Shown in pieces: positions 38,501 to 51,700 of a stretch of DNA of 64,000 bases; positions within the stretch are counted from its first letter, which is position 1, and each line of letters opens with the position of its first letter. A program made the position numbers and the translations under genes. Source of the DNA: Octopus bimaculoides (taxonomy: Eukaryota); NCBI RefSeq assembly GCF_001194135.2, contig NC_068991.1:22334508-22398507 (forward strand). The letters run 5' to 3'. Below the pieces are notes generated by a model. That model worked only from the letters and a program-made list of their open reading frames with translations. It was not told the DNA's origin and ran no database searches.

Positions 38501-41500
38501 TCAAGCTGAGCAAAATTGCAGTGATGGCAGACATTGATGTCACGCAAATGGCACCCATGCTGGTGGCACGTAAAAGCACACATTACACTTTCAGAGTGGT
38601 TGGCATGAGAAAGGGCATCCAGCCATAGAAAATCATGCCAAATCAGATTAGAGTCTGGTGCAGCCTTTCAGCTTACCAGCCCTGGTCAAACTGCCCAACC
38701 CATGCCCACATGGACAATGGACGTTAAATGATGATGATCATCATCATCGCACACACACACACACACACACACACAAACTCTCAAACACACGTGCTCACAC
38801 ACACGCACACACATGCATAAATGAGCTTCTTTCAGTTTTTGTCTACCAAATCTATTCACTAAACTTTGGTCAGCCCAGAGCTATAGTAGAAGACAATTGC
38901 CCAAGGTGCCATGTAATGGGACTGAACATAAGACCCTGAAGTCAGATTGACTTACAAGACTATGCATTAAAGTTTTTGCCAACAAAACCATGTACCTTAA
39001 CAGTGGATTAAGTTTAAGTGTAGAGTATAATAAACTCTCTCCTCCCTCCTCAGTCTCCATTTCTCCCCACTTCCTAGGATGTTTAACCTGTATTGTTGCA
39101 AATGTTTCTACAAGTGGGCACATGTACATGCTGCCTCCTTTGACTAACACATTCAGGCTAATAATAAAGCAGGAATGATAAGATGAAGCCAATTATTATG
39201 AGAGACAGAGAGGTATTTACCAAAAAGTTGGCCATCACTAAATATGTGCTGAGTAAAGTAAACAGTTGGCAGTGGTTGATGGATTTTCTGCAGTGATTGT
39301 GCTGCTTTTTTTTAATATTTTTATTCATTTATTGTTGTTGCCCATGCACAAAACAAGCCTGTAACTTATTATAAATGTTTTATTTATTTGCTTGCATTTC
39401 TTTTGTTGTTGCATTCCATCTGTTTTACCTTTTTTTTTTCATGCTAGCACTGGGAGAATTTGCATTGCTGCAAGCTCTACTATGTAGTAAGCAGCTTGCT
39501 TCCCAACCACATGATTCTGAGTTCAGTCCCACTGTACGGTGCCTTAAGCAAGTGTATTCTGCTACAGCTCTGGGACAACCAAAGCCTTGTGAATGGATTT
39601 GATAGAGGGGAAACTGTGTGGCAGCCTGTTGTAATATATATATCATCGTCATCATTATCATCATCATCATTTAATGTCCATCTTCCATGCTGTCATGGGT
39701 TGGACAGTTTGACAGAAGCTGGCCAGGCAGAAGACTGCACTGGCATCTGTGTCTTTTTTGGCATGGTTTTTATGACTGGATACCCTCCCTAACCCTAACC
39801 ACACAGCAGAGTGGACTGTGTGTATGTATATATACATATATATTTATATATATATATATATATATATATGAATTTAAACTGGTGGTCCACACTGACGAAG
39901 CTCAAGGTTGAATAACCAAAAGCAGAAACCTGGTTTGTGGATATCCGTAATTGCATAACATTTTTATTTGTGTTGTTAAATGTTTTAATTCGGTCTGTTT
40001 TCCTCGCATACTGTTTTTCTCTGTTATAGTGGTGCGCTACGGTGGATTATTTAAGACTTGGCTCTTATTTCTAGCATCTGCTCATTAAGCATCATTACGA
40101 TATTTCATAGCTCGATAAAGCTATCATAACTGCGTTCCACCAATGCTACTACTGGTGATATCATCAAATTTTGAATTTATCCACAGATGATATGAACAGT
40201 AGTGACATCNNNNNNNNNNTGTTTATTATTAACAGCAAGTTGGTCATCTTCACTTCTTACAACCATTTCAATAAATACTCTTTCTCAGTCCTTGAACCCC
40301 AACTCAAACGAAACTTACAGAAAGCTGAAAAGGAAAGTGCAGACTGCTCTAAGGAAAATTAAACAGGGATGGTGGAGTGATAGAGCAAAAGGGGCACAAG
40401 AAGCAGCTGATAGAAATGATGTCATGGGTTTGTACGGCCGTTTTCGTGCGGGTGACACGTAAAAGCACCCACTACACTCTCTGAGTGGTTGGCGTTAGGA
40501 AGGGCATCCAGCTGTAGAAACTCTGCCAAATCAGACTGGAGCCTGGTGTTGCCATCCGGTTTCACCNNNNNNNNNNATCCAGCTGTAGAAACTCTGCCAA
40601 ATCAGACTGGAGCCTGGTGTTGCCATCCGGTTTCACCAGTCCTCAGTCAAATCGTCCAACCCATGCTAGCATGGAAAGCGGACGTTAAACGATGATGATG
40701 ATGTTAAGGAGGTATGTGGCCCAAAATCTTCCTCAGTAGCTGCAATGAGAACAGCAAATGGACGTTTTCTTCTGACTGACACCACTTCTATTCATAAGCG
40801 TTGGGTGGAACATTTTTCTGCACTTTTGATAGACCATCATCCGTTGACATAAGGATGATAGAAAAAATTGAACACCTTCCAGTTATAGAAGAGACGGCAT
40901 TTGAACCAACTCTAAATGACATTGCTTTGTAGATTTGCATAAAGCATTCGATACTGTTAATTGAAATGCTCTGTGGCTAATTCTAAGGAAAATAGGTTGC
41001 TCAGAAAAATTTGTAAACATGGTCAAGACTTTGCATCAAGTTATGAAAGCTAGAGTTAATTTTGGTGGTAGGCTCTCTGAATCTTTTGCTGTGGAAAATG
41101 GAGTAAAGCAAGGAGACCTTGATGCACCCACCCTTTTTGCAATATACTTTGCTGTTGTGTTGTCACATGCTTTTCAAAACTCTGAGGAGGGTATTTACAT
41201 AAAATATCGAACAACAGGGAATGTTTTTAATCTGACCAGACTGAAATTCAAAATGAAGGTTTTTACTTCACTCATTAGGAAACTTTTGCATGCTGACGAT
41301 TGCGATCTTGTCAGTCATTCTGAAACAGGTTTGCAATCTCTTGTATCTGCATTTGACTCAGCATGTAATGATTTTGACTTGACCATCAACTTGAAAAAAA
41401 AACAGTTGTAATGCATCAACCTGTGTGTGGTGCTGTTTGTAACCCCTCTAAAATTTTTGTTAAGGGAAAGTTACTTGAGACTGTCGATTCGTTCGTCTAC

Positions 41501-42519
41501 CTTGGAAGCTCTGTTCAAAATTATGGAAATCTTGATACAGAAATACAGCTGTGAATTCAAAGGGCAGCAAAAGCATTTGGTGGCTTGGAGTCACATGTTT
41601 GGTGCCAGCTACATTTAAATAAGAATACAAAGATGGCTCTGTACAAATCATTTGTCTTACCATTCTTGTTGTATTCCTGTGAAACTTGAACTTGTTACGA
41701 AAGGCATTTTAAACTGTTAGAACAATTCCACCAAAAATGCCTTCATCGCATTTTAAAAGTTAAATGGAGTTCTTTTACTCCAAACACAGACATCCTTGCA
41801 TGTGCAGGCATCACCTCAATTAAAGCTATGATTTTGAGGAACCAATTGAGATGGTGTGGCCATATTGTTCGAATGGCAGATGAACACATGCTGAAACAAC
41901 TGTTTTATGGTAAGCATGCAGAGGGGAAACACTATTGGCATAAACCTAAAAAAAAAAGGTTTAAGGACAGCATAAGGACTACTATGAAGTCACTTGGAAT
42001 GGTTCCAGAAGATATAGAAACCCTTACTTCGGACCGAATTGTTTGGCAAACAAAGGTGTGGAGTGGAGTGAAAGCATTTGAAGAGGCCAGGATAACACAA
42101 GTAAGACTCAAAACAGATATAAAGAAGAATGTAACAATTGAGAAGGTGAATGACAATGACCTTTTTGTGTGCACAGTCTGTGACAGACCATGCCTGTCTT
42201 TTGCTGGCCTCAAATCTCACCTGCAAACGCATGGAAAACAAACTTCCACCAAACTATTCTGCCTATATATCTGTGCACACCTTTGAATGCAGTGTATGCC
42301 AGAAGATTTGCAAATCCAATGGAGGCCTCAAAAGACATGTTAAGATCCACAAAGAGCAAAACTTATCTGCAGGTATTGGTGGTCCAAATCAGAGGTGCAA
42401 TCTATGTGGGTGTCTTTTCAAAGCATTGTCCAATTTAAAAAGCCACATGAGACGCCATGATGATGCTAAGGTGTAGGTACAGGAGGTGGTCAAACTCTGT
42501 ATAAGGAGTAGAGAACCAC

Positions 42520-42572
<53 letters not shown>

Positions 42573-45500
42573 GAACAAACTTATTTCTATAATCAAACTT
42601 AGAGACACAGAATGAGCTGGTATTTTACAGAAAATGAAGTAAATCTTGAACACAGAATAGCTGTGAAAACAGCTTCAGAAACTGGGTAAAAACCCCAGAA
42701 GAGGGAAATAATCACCAGCAGGTGGCTGCAGAGAATTAAACCCTGTACCTCTCAGATACCTCTCAGCCGGTATCTGAGACATACTGGGAGTGATTCTCTG
42801 TAGCCACCAATTTTTCTGTTTTCACAGCTATTCCACATTCAAGATTTACTTTAGTTTGTGTGTGTGTGTGTGTGTATGCAAGTGGCTTTGTGTTTGTCCC
42901 CCAACACCACTTGGCAACTGGTGTTGGTTTCTTTATGTCCACATCACTTGGTGGTTCAGCAAAAATGACCAATAGAATATGTACCAGACTAACAAAAAAG
43001 AAAACTTAAGTACTAAGATTGATCTGTTCAACTAAATCCTTCAACTAAATCCCCCAGCATGGTCACAATCCAATGACTGAAACAAGTAACAGATAAAAGA
43101 TGAAAGATAACCTCTTTTTTCCATCTGTTCAAGGATGTCTGCCAATGGAATCCCATCCCAACAAATATCCTTTTAACTGTCATTGACATGGATGTCATTA
43201 ATCTGAAAAGTATGTGTGAGATATTTGTATGTATTTACGTCCATATGAGTAGGTGTTTGCAGCTTCATTCAAGAGGAAAGTCCATATATGGTGTACCTTA
43301 ACTTGTGTATGTGGAAGCATGTGTGTGGTATGTGTGTAAAAAGTGAGAGAGAGAGATGCATGCAGACTGAGACAAATTGTGTGTGTGTGTGTGTGTGGGT
43401 GCATGTCAAAGAGAGTGGTAGATAGACAAACAGATAGAGGGAGAGAGAGAGAGAGAGAGACATACTGAGATTGTGTTAGTGTGCTGTGTGTATGTGAGTG
43501 TGTGTGAGAGAGGGACAGAAAGAAAGACAAAAGGAAAAAGTTTCAGACAGATAGACACAGAGAGAGAAGGGGGGGAAGAGTGACTGACAGACAGGCAGAC
43601 ACAGAGACAAAGTGTGCGTGTGTGTGTGCGTGTGCGTGTGTGTGAAATACAGGTGTGGCGAGATTCAGAAAAAAGAAACTGAGAACATAGTCGATCAGAA
43701 AGAGTGAGAAGTCAAACTGAGAGAGAACAGGAAATTCTGATGAAAGCAAAATGAATAATTTGAATGAAAAAGAGCAGGAAGTCAAATTAAGAGTGAGAAT
43801 TCCGAGAGAGGGAGAGTGTATGTGCTTGTGTTTGTGTGTGTAATGGAGTGTCTGTCTCTTAGAGTGCGTAAAGTGTTCAGCTAAAAATGTGTGTGTGTGT
43901 GAGTAAATTCTGACAGTGAGAGAAAGAGAAAATTTGAGTCTTACTGAAAGTGACAGTGTGAGACAGTGGTTCTCAAAGGATGTGCTGTAGAACATCATTG
44001 TGTCACATGAGGTATCTGGACGGGATGTGTCATTGTCCTCGTCATCGTTTTACCATCCACTTTTCCATGCTTGCATGGGTTGGATGGAATTTGGTTGAGG
44101 CAGATTTATCTATAGCTGGATGCTCTTCCTGTTTTCAATCCTTACCCCACTATTGCCAGTAAAGTAAGATTTCCCCCATGACCAGACATGCTTTCACAGA
44201 AGATTTAGAACAAAGCGACACTGTTTGCATAATGGAGGCATTTGTTTATGACTATTGCACATTGTCAAAGTAAGGAGACAGTATCTCACCCACACACACA
44301 TGCAGGTTTGTTTATGTCTCCATAACTTAGCAGTTTGACAAAAAGGAACCACTAGATGTACAGTAATCACTCGCCATATCTTGGTTCGCCTATCATGCCC
44401 TCAGTACATCACAGATTTTTCTGACTAATAAATGTAAATTTATATCGTGGACTCCTCAGTATATCGTGGGTTTCTGTGGCCAATAGGTAATTATATTTTT
44501 TTAGATTTTAATTATTTCTGTTGTAAAATAAGCATTTTCATACCAAAAAATTAATAAATTAATAAATAAAAATATAGTACAGTACTGCACTGTATAACAC
44601 ATTAATAAAAATATATTAAAAGAAAATATGTAGTGTACTGTAGATGAGTGTAGAGGCACATGGCTTAGTGGTCAAGGTGTCAGCATCATGATCGTAAAAT
44701 TGTGGTTTCAATTCCTGGGCCAGGCGACGTGTTGTGTTCTTGAGCAAAACACTTCATTCCACGTTGCTCCAGTCCACTCAGCTGGCAAAAATGAGTATAA
44801 TGTTGAAATCTCCAAACTATGAGATAAGGCATGATTAATTCAAAACAATGTGAATAAATAAGCATTACATTTGACAGAAGAATCTGAATACTAAAGGATT
44901 AAACAGGACGTTTGTATTATAGAATCAAGGTTGGTCTCAAGTGGGTTGGTATCAAAAGGGTCAGAGGAGGCTGAGCAAGCAGCAGCAACAGCTGTCATGA
45001 CACTTTCTCAGGGCTTCTGCCAATGGTAAGAGGAAGTTGTCCTCAGACTGAGGTCTTTGCCACTGGTATGCCACTGGCCAGTTGATGACATTCAATTGAA
45101 CAATGGATTAAGTCTACCAGCTGTGAATAAATTTACAACCTATAATTAAATATATCACCCTTAGCCCTTTAGCGTTCAGATTACTCTGTCAAACATAACA
45201 CTTATTTCTTCACATTGGTTCGAATTTATCCTTCATTATCTTGGAGCCTTGAAATTTTGATTATGTGACTGTATGCATTTTAGGCTAACACTGCAGGGTA
45301 GGTATGAGAGACTGGATCTGGCATTTGAGCATTAAACAAGAAAAATATTTTGGCTGGATATGGCCAGTTTAAATGCTAAAGGGTTAATTTTGCTAAGATA
45401 AGGAACTATGGCATAAGGAGAAGGAGAGAAAAAGGGCGAGTGTGACGAACCTGTGTGGTAAGAAGTTTGCTTCCATCATCACATGGTTCTGAGTCCATTC

Positions 45501-45881
45501 CCACTGCATAGCAACTTGGACAAGTGTCTTCTACAATAGTCTCAGGTCAACTAAAACCTTGTGGGTGGATTTGGTAGACAGAAACTGAAAGAAGCCAATC
45601 GTGTGTGTGGGGGGGGGTATCCATATGTATCAGTGTTGGTGTGTATATGTCCCTGTAACTTAGAGACTAATAGGATACTCTTTACTTGTTTCAGTCATTT
45701 TTGACTGCGGCCATGCTGGAGCACTGCCGCCTTTAGTCGAGAAAATCGACCCCAGGACTTATTCTTTGTAAGCCCAGTACTTATTCTATCAGTCTCTTTT
45801 TGCCGAACCGCTAAGTTACGGGGACGTAAACACACCAGCATCGGTTGTCAAGCAATGTTGTGGGACAAACACAGATACACA

Positions 45882-45913
<32 letters not shown>

Positions 45914-47791
45914 GTATGTGTGTGTANNNNNNNNNNNNNNNNATATATATATATATATATACATATATACGACAGGCTTCTTTCAGTTTCCGTCTACCAA
46001 ATCCACTCTCAAGGCTTTGGTCGGCCTGAGGCTATAGTAGAAGACACTTGCCCAAGGTGCCACGCAGCGGGACTGAACCCGGAACCATGTGGTTGGTAAG
46101 CAGGCTACTTACCACACAGCCACTCCTGTGCCTAGTTAAAGTACCAAGTTTAAAAACAAGAACTAGGATCAATTCTTTGACTAAAATTCTCTAAGGCAGT
46201 GCTCCAGTATGGCCACAGTCAAATGACTGAAACAAGTAAAAGAATAAAAGAAAGAGTGGGGAATCAGATTCAGTAAAAGTGGAAGGTCAGGCTTAGAGAA
46301 CTGAGAAGATAATCAAAAAATTGTGTGAATGAAAGAATAAAATTGGAAAGTCAGCCTGAGTGATGAGAAAAATAAAACAGTAGAACATTGGGGTATAGGG
46401 GTGGGAGGATAAATGATGGTCTGTATAGGTAAATAATAAGTATTAAAAAACTGAAAATGGGAAATGTGCTAATATGCCATGAGACCCTAGTCTGAAGCAA
46501 ATGGTACTTTTCTCCATCTCCTCATACAGCCTGCCCAAAACATTGAATTGCTGCTCCTCCTCATGTTTGCCCAATCCAAAATCAAACCTCAGATTTCTCT
46601 ACCTCCTTGCAACATAATAATTTATTTCTCTTTGTGAACTTTTTACAAGTGATAGGAAGGTCACTTTGAGTGAGGAAAGGGTTCTAAAGAGAATGGAGGG
46701 GGTGAAATAGAGGTAAACAAGTTACTTGTACACTTAGAGGTTAAGAGAGGGAGAGAGAGAGGTGGGGAACAAGAATGATTACAGTTTAGAATTGAGATAA
46801 ACTGTAAAAGAGAGAGAGAGAGAGAAAGAATGTTTGTGTGTGTGTGTGTGTAAGAAAGATGAATTACATGAATGGTTGAGTAAGGAGAAAAGAGAATCTT
46901 GGAAAGAGAAAATGTGAGAGGAAAGTAAGTCTAAAAGAAAGGAAAGGAAGATCATAAAAGTGTGAGAAAGACACGAGATGAATATATGAGATTGGTACAA
47001 GAGAGAAAGAGTGAAATGAGACTGCGTGCATGTGTGTGTGTGTGTATGTGTGTGTGGCATATGGGTGTGTATGTGTGAATGAGAAGATGAGAATGTGAAT
47101 ATGAAAGAATTATTTACTATGTATGTGAGACAGAAGTGAGTGAGTATGTGTGTGAGAGAGGAAGTGTGTGTGTGTGTGTCTATGAATAAGAAAGAAAGAG
47201 AGCACATGTGTATGTGGTGTGTGTGTATAAGATAGTTTATAGTTTATAGGTGTGTGAGAGAGAGAGAGATAGAGAGAAAGAGTCTGTGTGTGCACGTGTG
47301 TGTGTGATGGTAGGTGTGTTAGGGAGGGAGAGAAAGAGTGTGTGTGTGTGTGTGTGGTGTGGCATGCCTCTTAAAGAGAGAGAACATGTTTTCACATATG
47401 TTAATAATCTCGCCCCTCTGGCCACTACCCCCACCTCCCCACCTTGGCAGTGAGCCAAGGTGGATGTCTTTGGCGGAAGATAGCATGAAATTCTGGAATT
47501 CAACCGTTAAACAAATCTCCCCTGTATCGCTATTCATAATAATTGTTTGTAACTATCATTGAAGAATTTCTCTATCAATCACCATTCCTGTGGTGTTGTC
47601 TTAGAATAGTATCTGTTTCCTCAGCAGTAGTTCTACCTTGGAATTTGTTTAGTTTTTTTTTTTGTTTTGTTTTTTGAGATTTATAACATCAGTTAGCCAG
47701 TTCAGTGCTAAAATTTGCATTTTGTTTTATTTATGTGTATTATTTATATTTTATTTCATTTGCTCTCGGTGTCATCATCGTTGTTGTTTAG

Positions 47792-47833
<42 letters not shown>

Positions 47834-48695
47834 TGTAGGTCAACCCAGACCAAGCAGACTTATAATCAAATGCATTTTAGTCATGATTATCCCATCTCTT
47901 TAGGTTGTGTTATCATCATCATCATCACCAGCACCCACTACACTCTCGGGGTGGTTGGCGTTAGGAAGGGCATCCAGCTGTAGAAACTTTGCCAGATCAG
48001 ATTGAACCTGGTGCAGCCTCTGGCTCACCAGTCCTCAGTCAAAATATCCAACCCATGCCAGCATAGAAAGCAGACGTAAAACAATGATGATACATACATA
48101 CATACATAAATACATGCATGAATAAATAAATGAATGAATAAATGATGTGTTTCCTTCAACTTCCATCTATTAAATCCACTCACAGGGCTCTGGTCATCCG
48201 AGGACTATAGAAGACACTTGTAAGACTGAACCCCAAACCAAGTGATTGAGAAGTGAACTTCTTAGCCACACAGCTGTGCCTACTATCTATCTTTTACTTG
48301 TTTCAGTCATTAGATTACAGCCATGCTGGAGCACCACCATGAAAAATTTTAGTCAAACAATTGACCCCAGTACTTATTTTTAAAGCCTGGTACTTATTCT
48401 GTCGGTTTGTTTTGCCAAACTGCTAAGTTACAGGAACATAAACAAGCCAACACTGGTTGTCAAGTGATAGTGTGGGACAAATAGAGACACAAAGACACAT
48501 GCACATGTAACCACATGTGAATCATTGGCGATTTTCTTCCTCCATCTTCCCTTCTATTGGACTTTCCTCTGTTTCCGAAGAAGAGCATCTACTCGAAACA
48601 TTAAACCATCTTTCTTTCCTTTCCTGAGTGTCTGCTAATACATTATATGTACCACATCCTTGTGTTGTTGTTTTTTTGGATTCTTTTTGGATTTA

Positions 48696-48742
<47 letters not shown>

Positions 48743-51700
48743 CAAGCTTCTTTCAGTTTCCATCTACCAAAACTACTCAAAGCTTTGGTCAGCCCGAGGC
48801 TATAGCAGAAGTCACTTTCCCAAGATGTCACACAATAGAGGTGAACCCAGAACCATGTGGAATTATATTGGCTAATGTTTTCTTCTTTACTTAAAATAGC
48901 AAGGATATGTCGGCTAATGCTTCTAGCAAGACAGTTAGCCACATACAGCTTCTTCTCTCTTGTCTCATTGAGCCTTGTAGGTTTTATATGTTTTATGTCC
49001 ACCCAACTCTCATTCTCTTGAAGCAGGTCATATTTTTCTGAGGAGAGTGTCAGACTTAACACTGTGAGCTAAGGAAATCCTCATCAGTTTTACAGTTTAT
49101 GGCAATCCCTACTACGCTGTAGTTCCTATTGTAACACAAAGAGGACTTATCTGTCAAGAGTTGTTTGTCATGACACTAGAAGCAATACAGTATCAGTAGC
49201 ACAATACAAACTGTCCACCTCTCAGCTGGTTATTTGTCAAAATTCAGAATCTGTAGAATCTGGTGAATGCACAGAAGATTTCAGAGAAGACTTCCATAAA
49301 CTGAATTACTGTGAGAACTGAAGAACTTAATGTTTGAAGATCTTACCTTTTGTCTAGGCTTGAAGAAGAGAGAGAAAGTAGTGTTGTAGTTTTGGTTGTG
49401 GTACCCTGTTGACTCAGCCATTTATAGGGGTTCTTTGCTAAATTTTTAGGTGCCAGCTCTAACAAAATCTTGTTATTTCCTGTATTGGTGGTGGGGGCAT
49501 ATGTACTTACATACCTACAAGTGTGTGTGTGTGTATGTGTTTGTCACACTCAGCTATCATTGATAGTAAAGATATTAATGAGATTATAACCTGTCATCAC
49601 ATTTTGGTCTATAAGTGGCATAAATAAAACACATTTTAACCTTTTCACATTCAAATTTCTTTTGTCAAATCTAGTGCTTATTTATTCACATTTTTTTAAT
49701 TAATCAAGAACTATCTTGTAACTTCATGATTTCAATGGTGTGTTTGTATATTTTAGAATGCCATTTTAGAGTAGGTATAGCAGGTTGGATCTGGCCAGTT
49801 TTAACATAAAACAGGTAGAATATTTGGGCCAGGTATGGCTTAATTAAATGCTAAAGGGTTAATAATATAATGTATAATATATATAATTAATATATAATAC
49901 TACAATAATATAACAAATTACTGCACTATTGTGCAGTGTAACTTGCACTCACTCACCAGTTATCATAGATATAATTATCGAGTAAGTAGAGATAAAAAAG
50001 ATAATCATGTATTTTACCAAATTAAAAGTAATTACTTTCTTACCAAACAACATTACCCCTTTTGATAACTACTTACCTGTGACTTCCCCTATCTCTGTGA
50101 TGTAAACTTACTCTTCCAAAATGATCTGGATTTATAATCTTCCATAAAAATTTCATGTTTATGTCCTAAACACCAGCTTAATATGACAGTTATTTTACTA
50201 AATCCTTCATTATTTTCAAAATTAATTCAACAGAAATATGGTAACAAAAATGCTAATAAGAGGTGCCACAATAATTTCCACATTGAGTGAATCATAATTT
50301 GTGTTCTGGGAAGTAACTGTTGTGCTAGTGTTTTCTGCTGATCCTTAGCACCACAACTAGTGACATTTGGCTTGAGATTTCACTGAACTAAATAAGATTC
50401 ACATGGCTTAACAAACTTAAGGGCTGATACATGATATGTCTTCATGTGACTGAATCTCCTCTCTCACTCAACAGTTCTAATGGGAATAAGTTGTGGACAG
50501 CTCAGTAATAGTTGTAAATCTTGGTAGCTCCAGCATTCATGATCTGCACATAATCTCTGAAAGTATTTATTATAGAGGAGGAAAAAAAGCTTAAGCCTCT
50601 TGCATAGAGATTATATTACTGCTTCTACATAATTTTCAGTATTTCAGCAGGCTCATAGCCTTCATTTAACTAGGATTTATGCATACATTGAGATTCAGAA
50701 GTCTGAGAGCTTTCAAAGATGTTTCTGTAAAATTATTGTGTTGGAAATTGTCTATAAGACGAGTAAGAAATGTAAATAAGTTAATGTAGACAATTTTGTT
50801 GCTGCTTGTTAAGGTAATTTCTTTCAAAATTCCATTTTTCAACTGTTTTTTAAGCTTCTAGAGTGTTTGTACCGAGCTCTTTCAGTCCATGCAGTGATCT
50901 TGTGTTCTATTGGATTAATTTGTCTGCATAAATAATCAATTCTGTTAACACTTTAACAGTAAACTAAATTCATGCAACATAAAAGTTAAGTCCAAAAGAA
51001 ACTGTTCTGAGGAGAGTCTTTTTAAGCCAAGCCTTGTTTTATCCTTCATTTAATTTTCTTATCAAAATATTAAAAAGCAGCTTCATAATTCTGCCACACT
51101 GCTATAAGTATAACTGTCCGCCTAGTGCCCAGAACACAGTCTATTTATACAAATGTATTATTGTAGTTGAGATGCACATTCTGACAATTCCTTTTGATTT
51201 TGTGATGAAGTACAATTCATCAATAAATGAGTGAAAACTATCTTAATTCCATGAATTTCTCTCACCTACTGAAACTTCTAAGCTGGGATTAAGACATTGT
51301 CAAATTATCAAATCAGAGTAGTGTTCCTTGAGAATTGTTACAATGCTAGATTTTATACAAAACATTATGCTTGACCCATCACTAATAAATACTAAAAGTT
51401 TGTTTCAAGTAAACAGCATCAAACCCATAGTTGATGCTACAATTCAATAGATATTTAGCAATTTCTGATCAGACAGCCTAATTAGGTGTAAAAACATAAA
51501 ATGGTAGTTACCTTTTTTATCACTTTCACATTTCAAATAAACTATTAGAGTGAGCTTAATACTTAGGCTTGTTGATTTATCAGTGAAAACAGAAATTTTG
51601 CCATTTATCTGCTTGATATGCTGGCAGATTTCCATTTTCATATAAATGGTTATGTGATTAATTATCTGTGTAGCACTAGTGCAAGAATGTAGTCAAATTC

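Noticed and set aside
49347-49421. Minus-strand ATG exon MAESTGYHNQNYNTTFSLFFKPRQK with a strong GTAAGA donor
   Set aside because: No partner exon or homology recognised, and such matches are expected by chance in 64 kb
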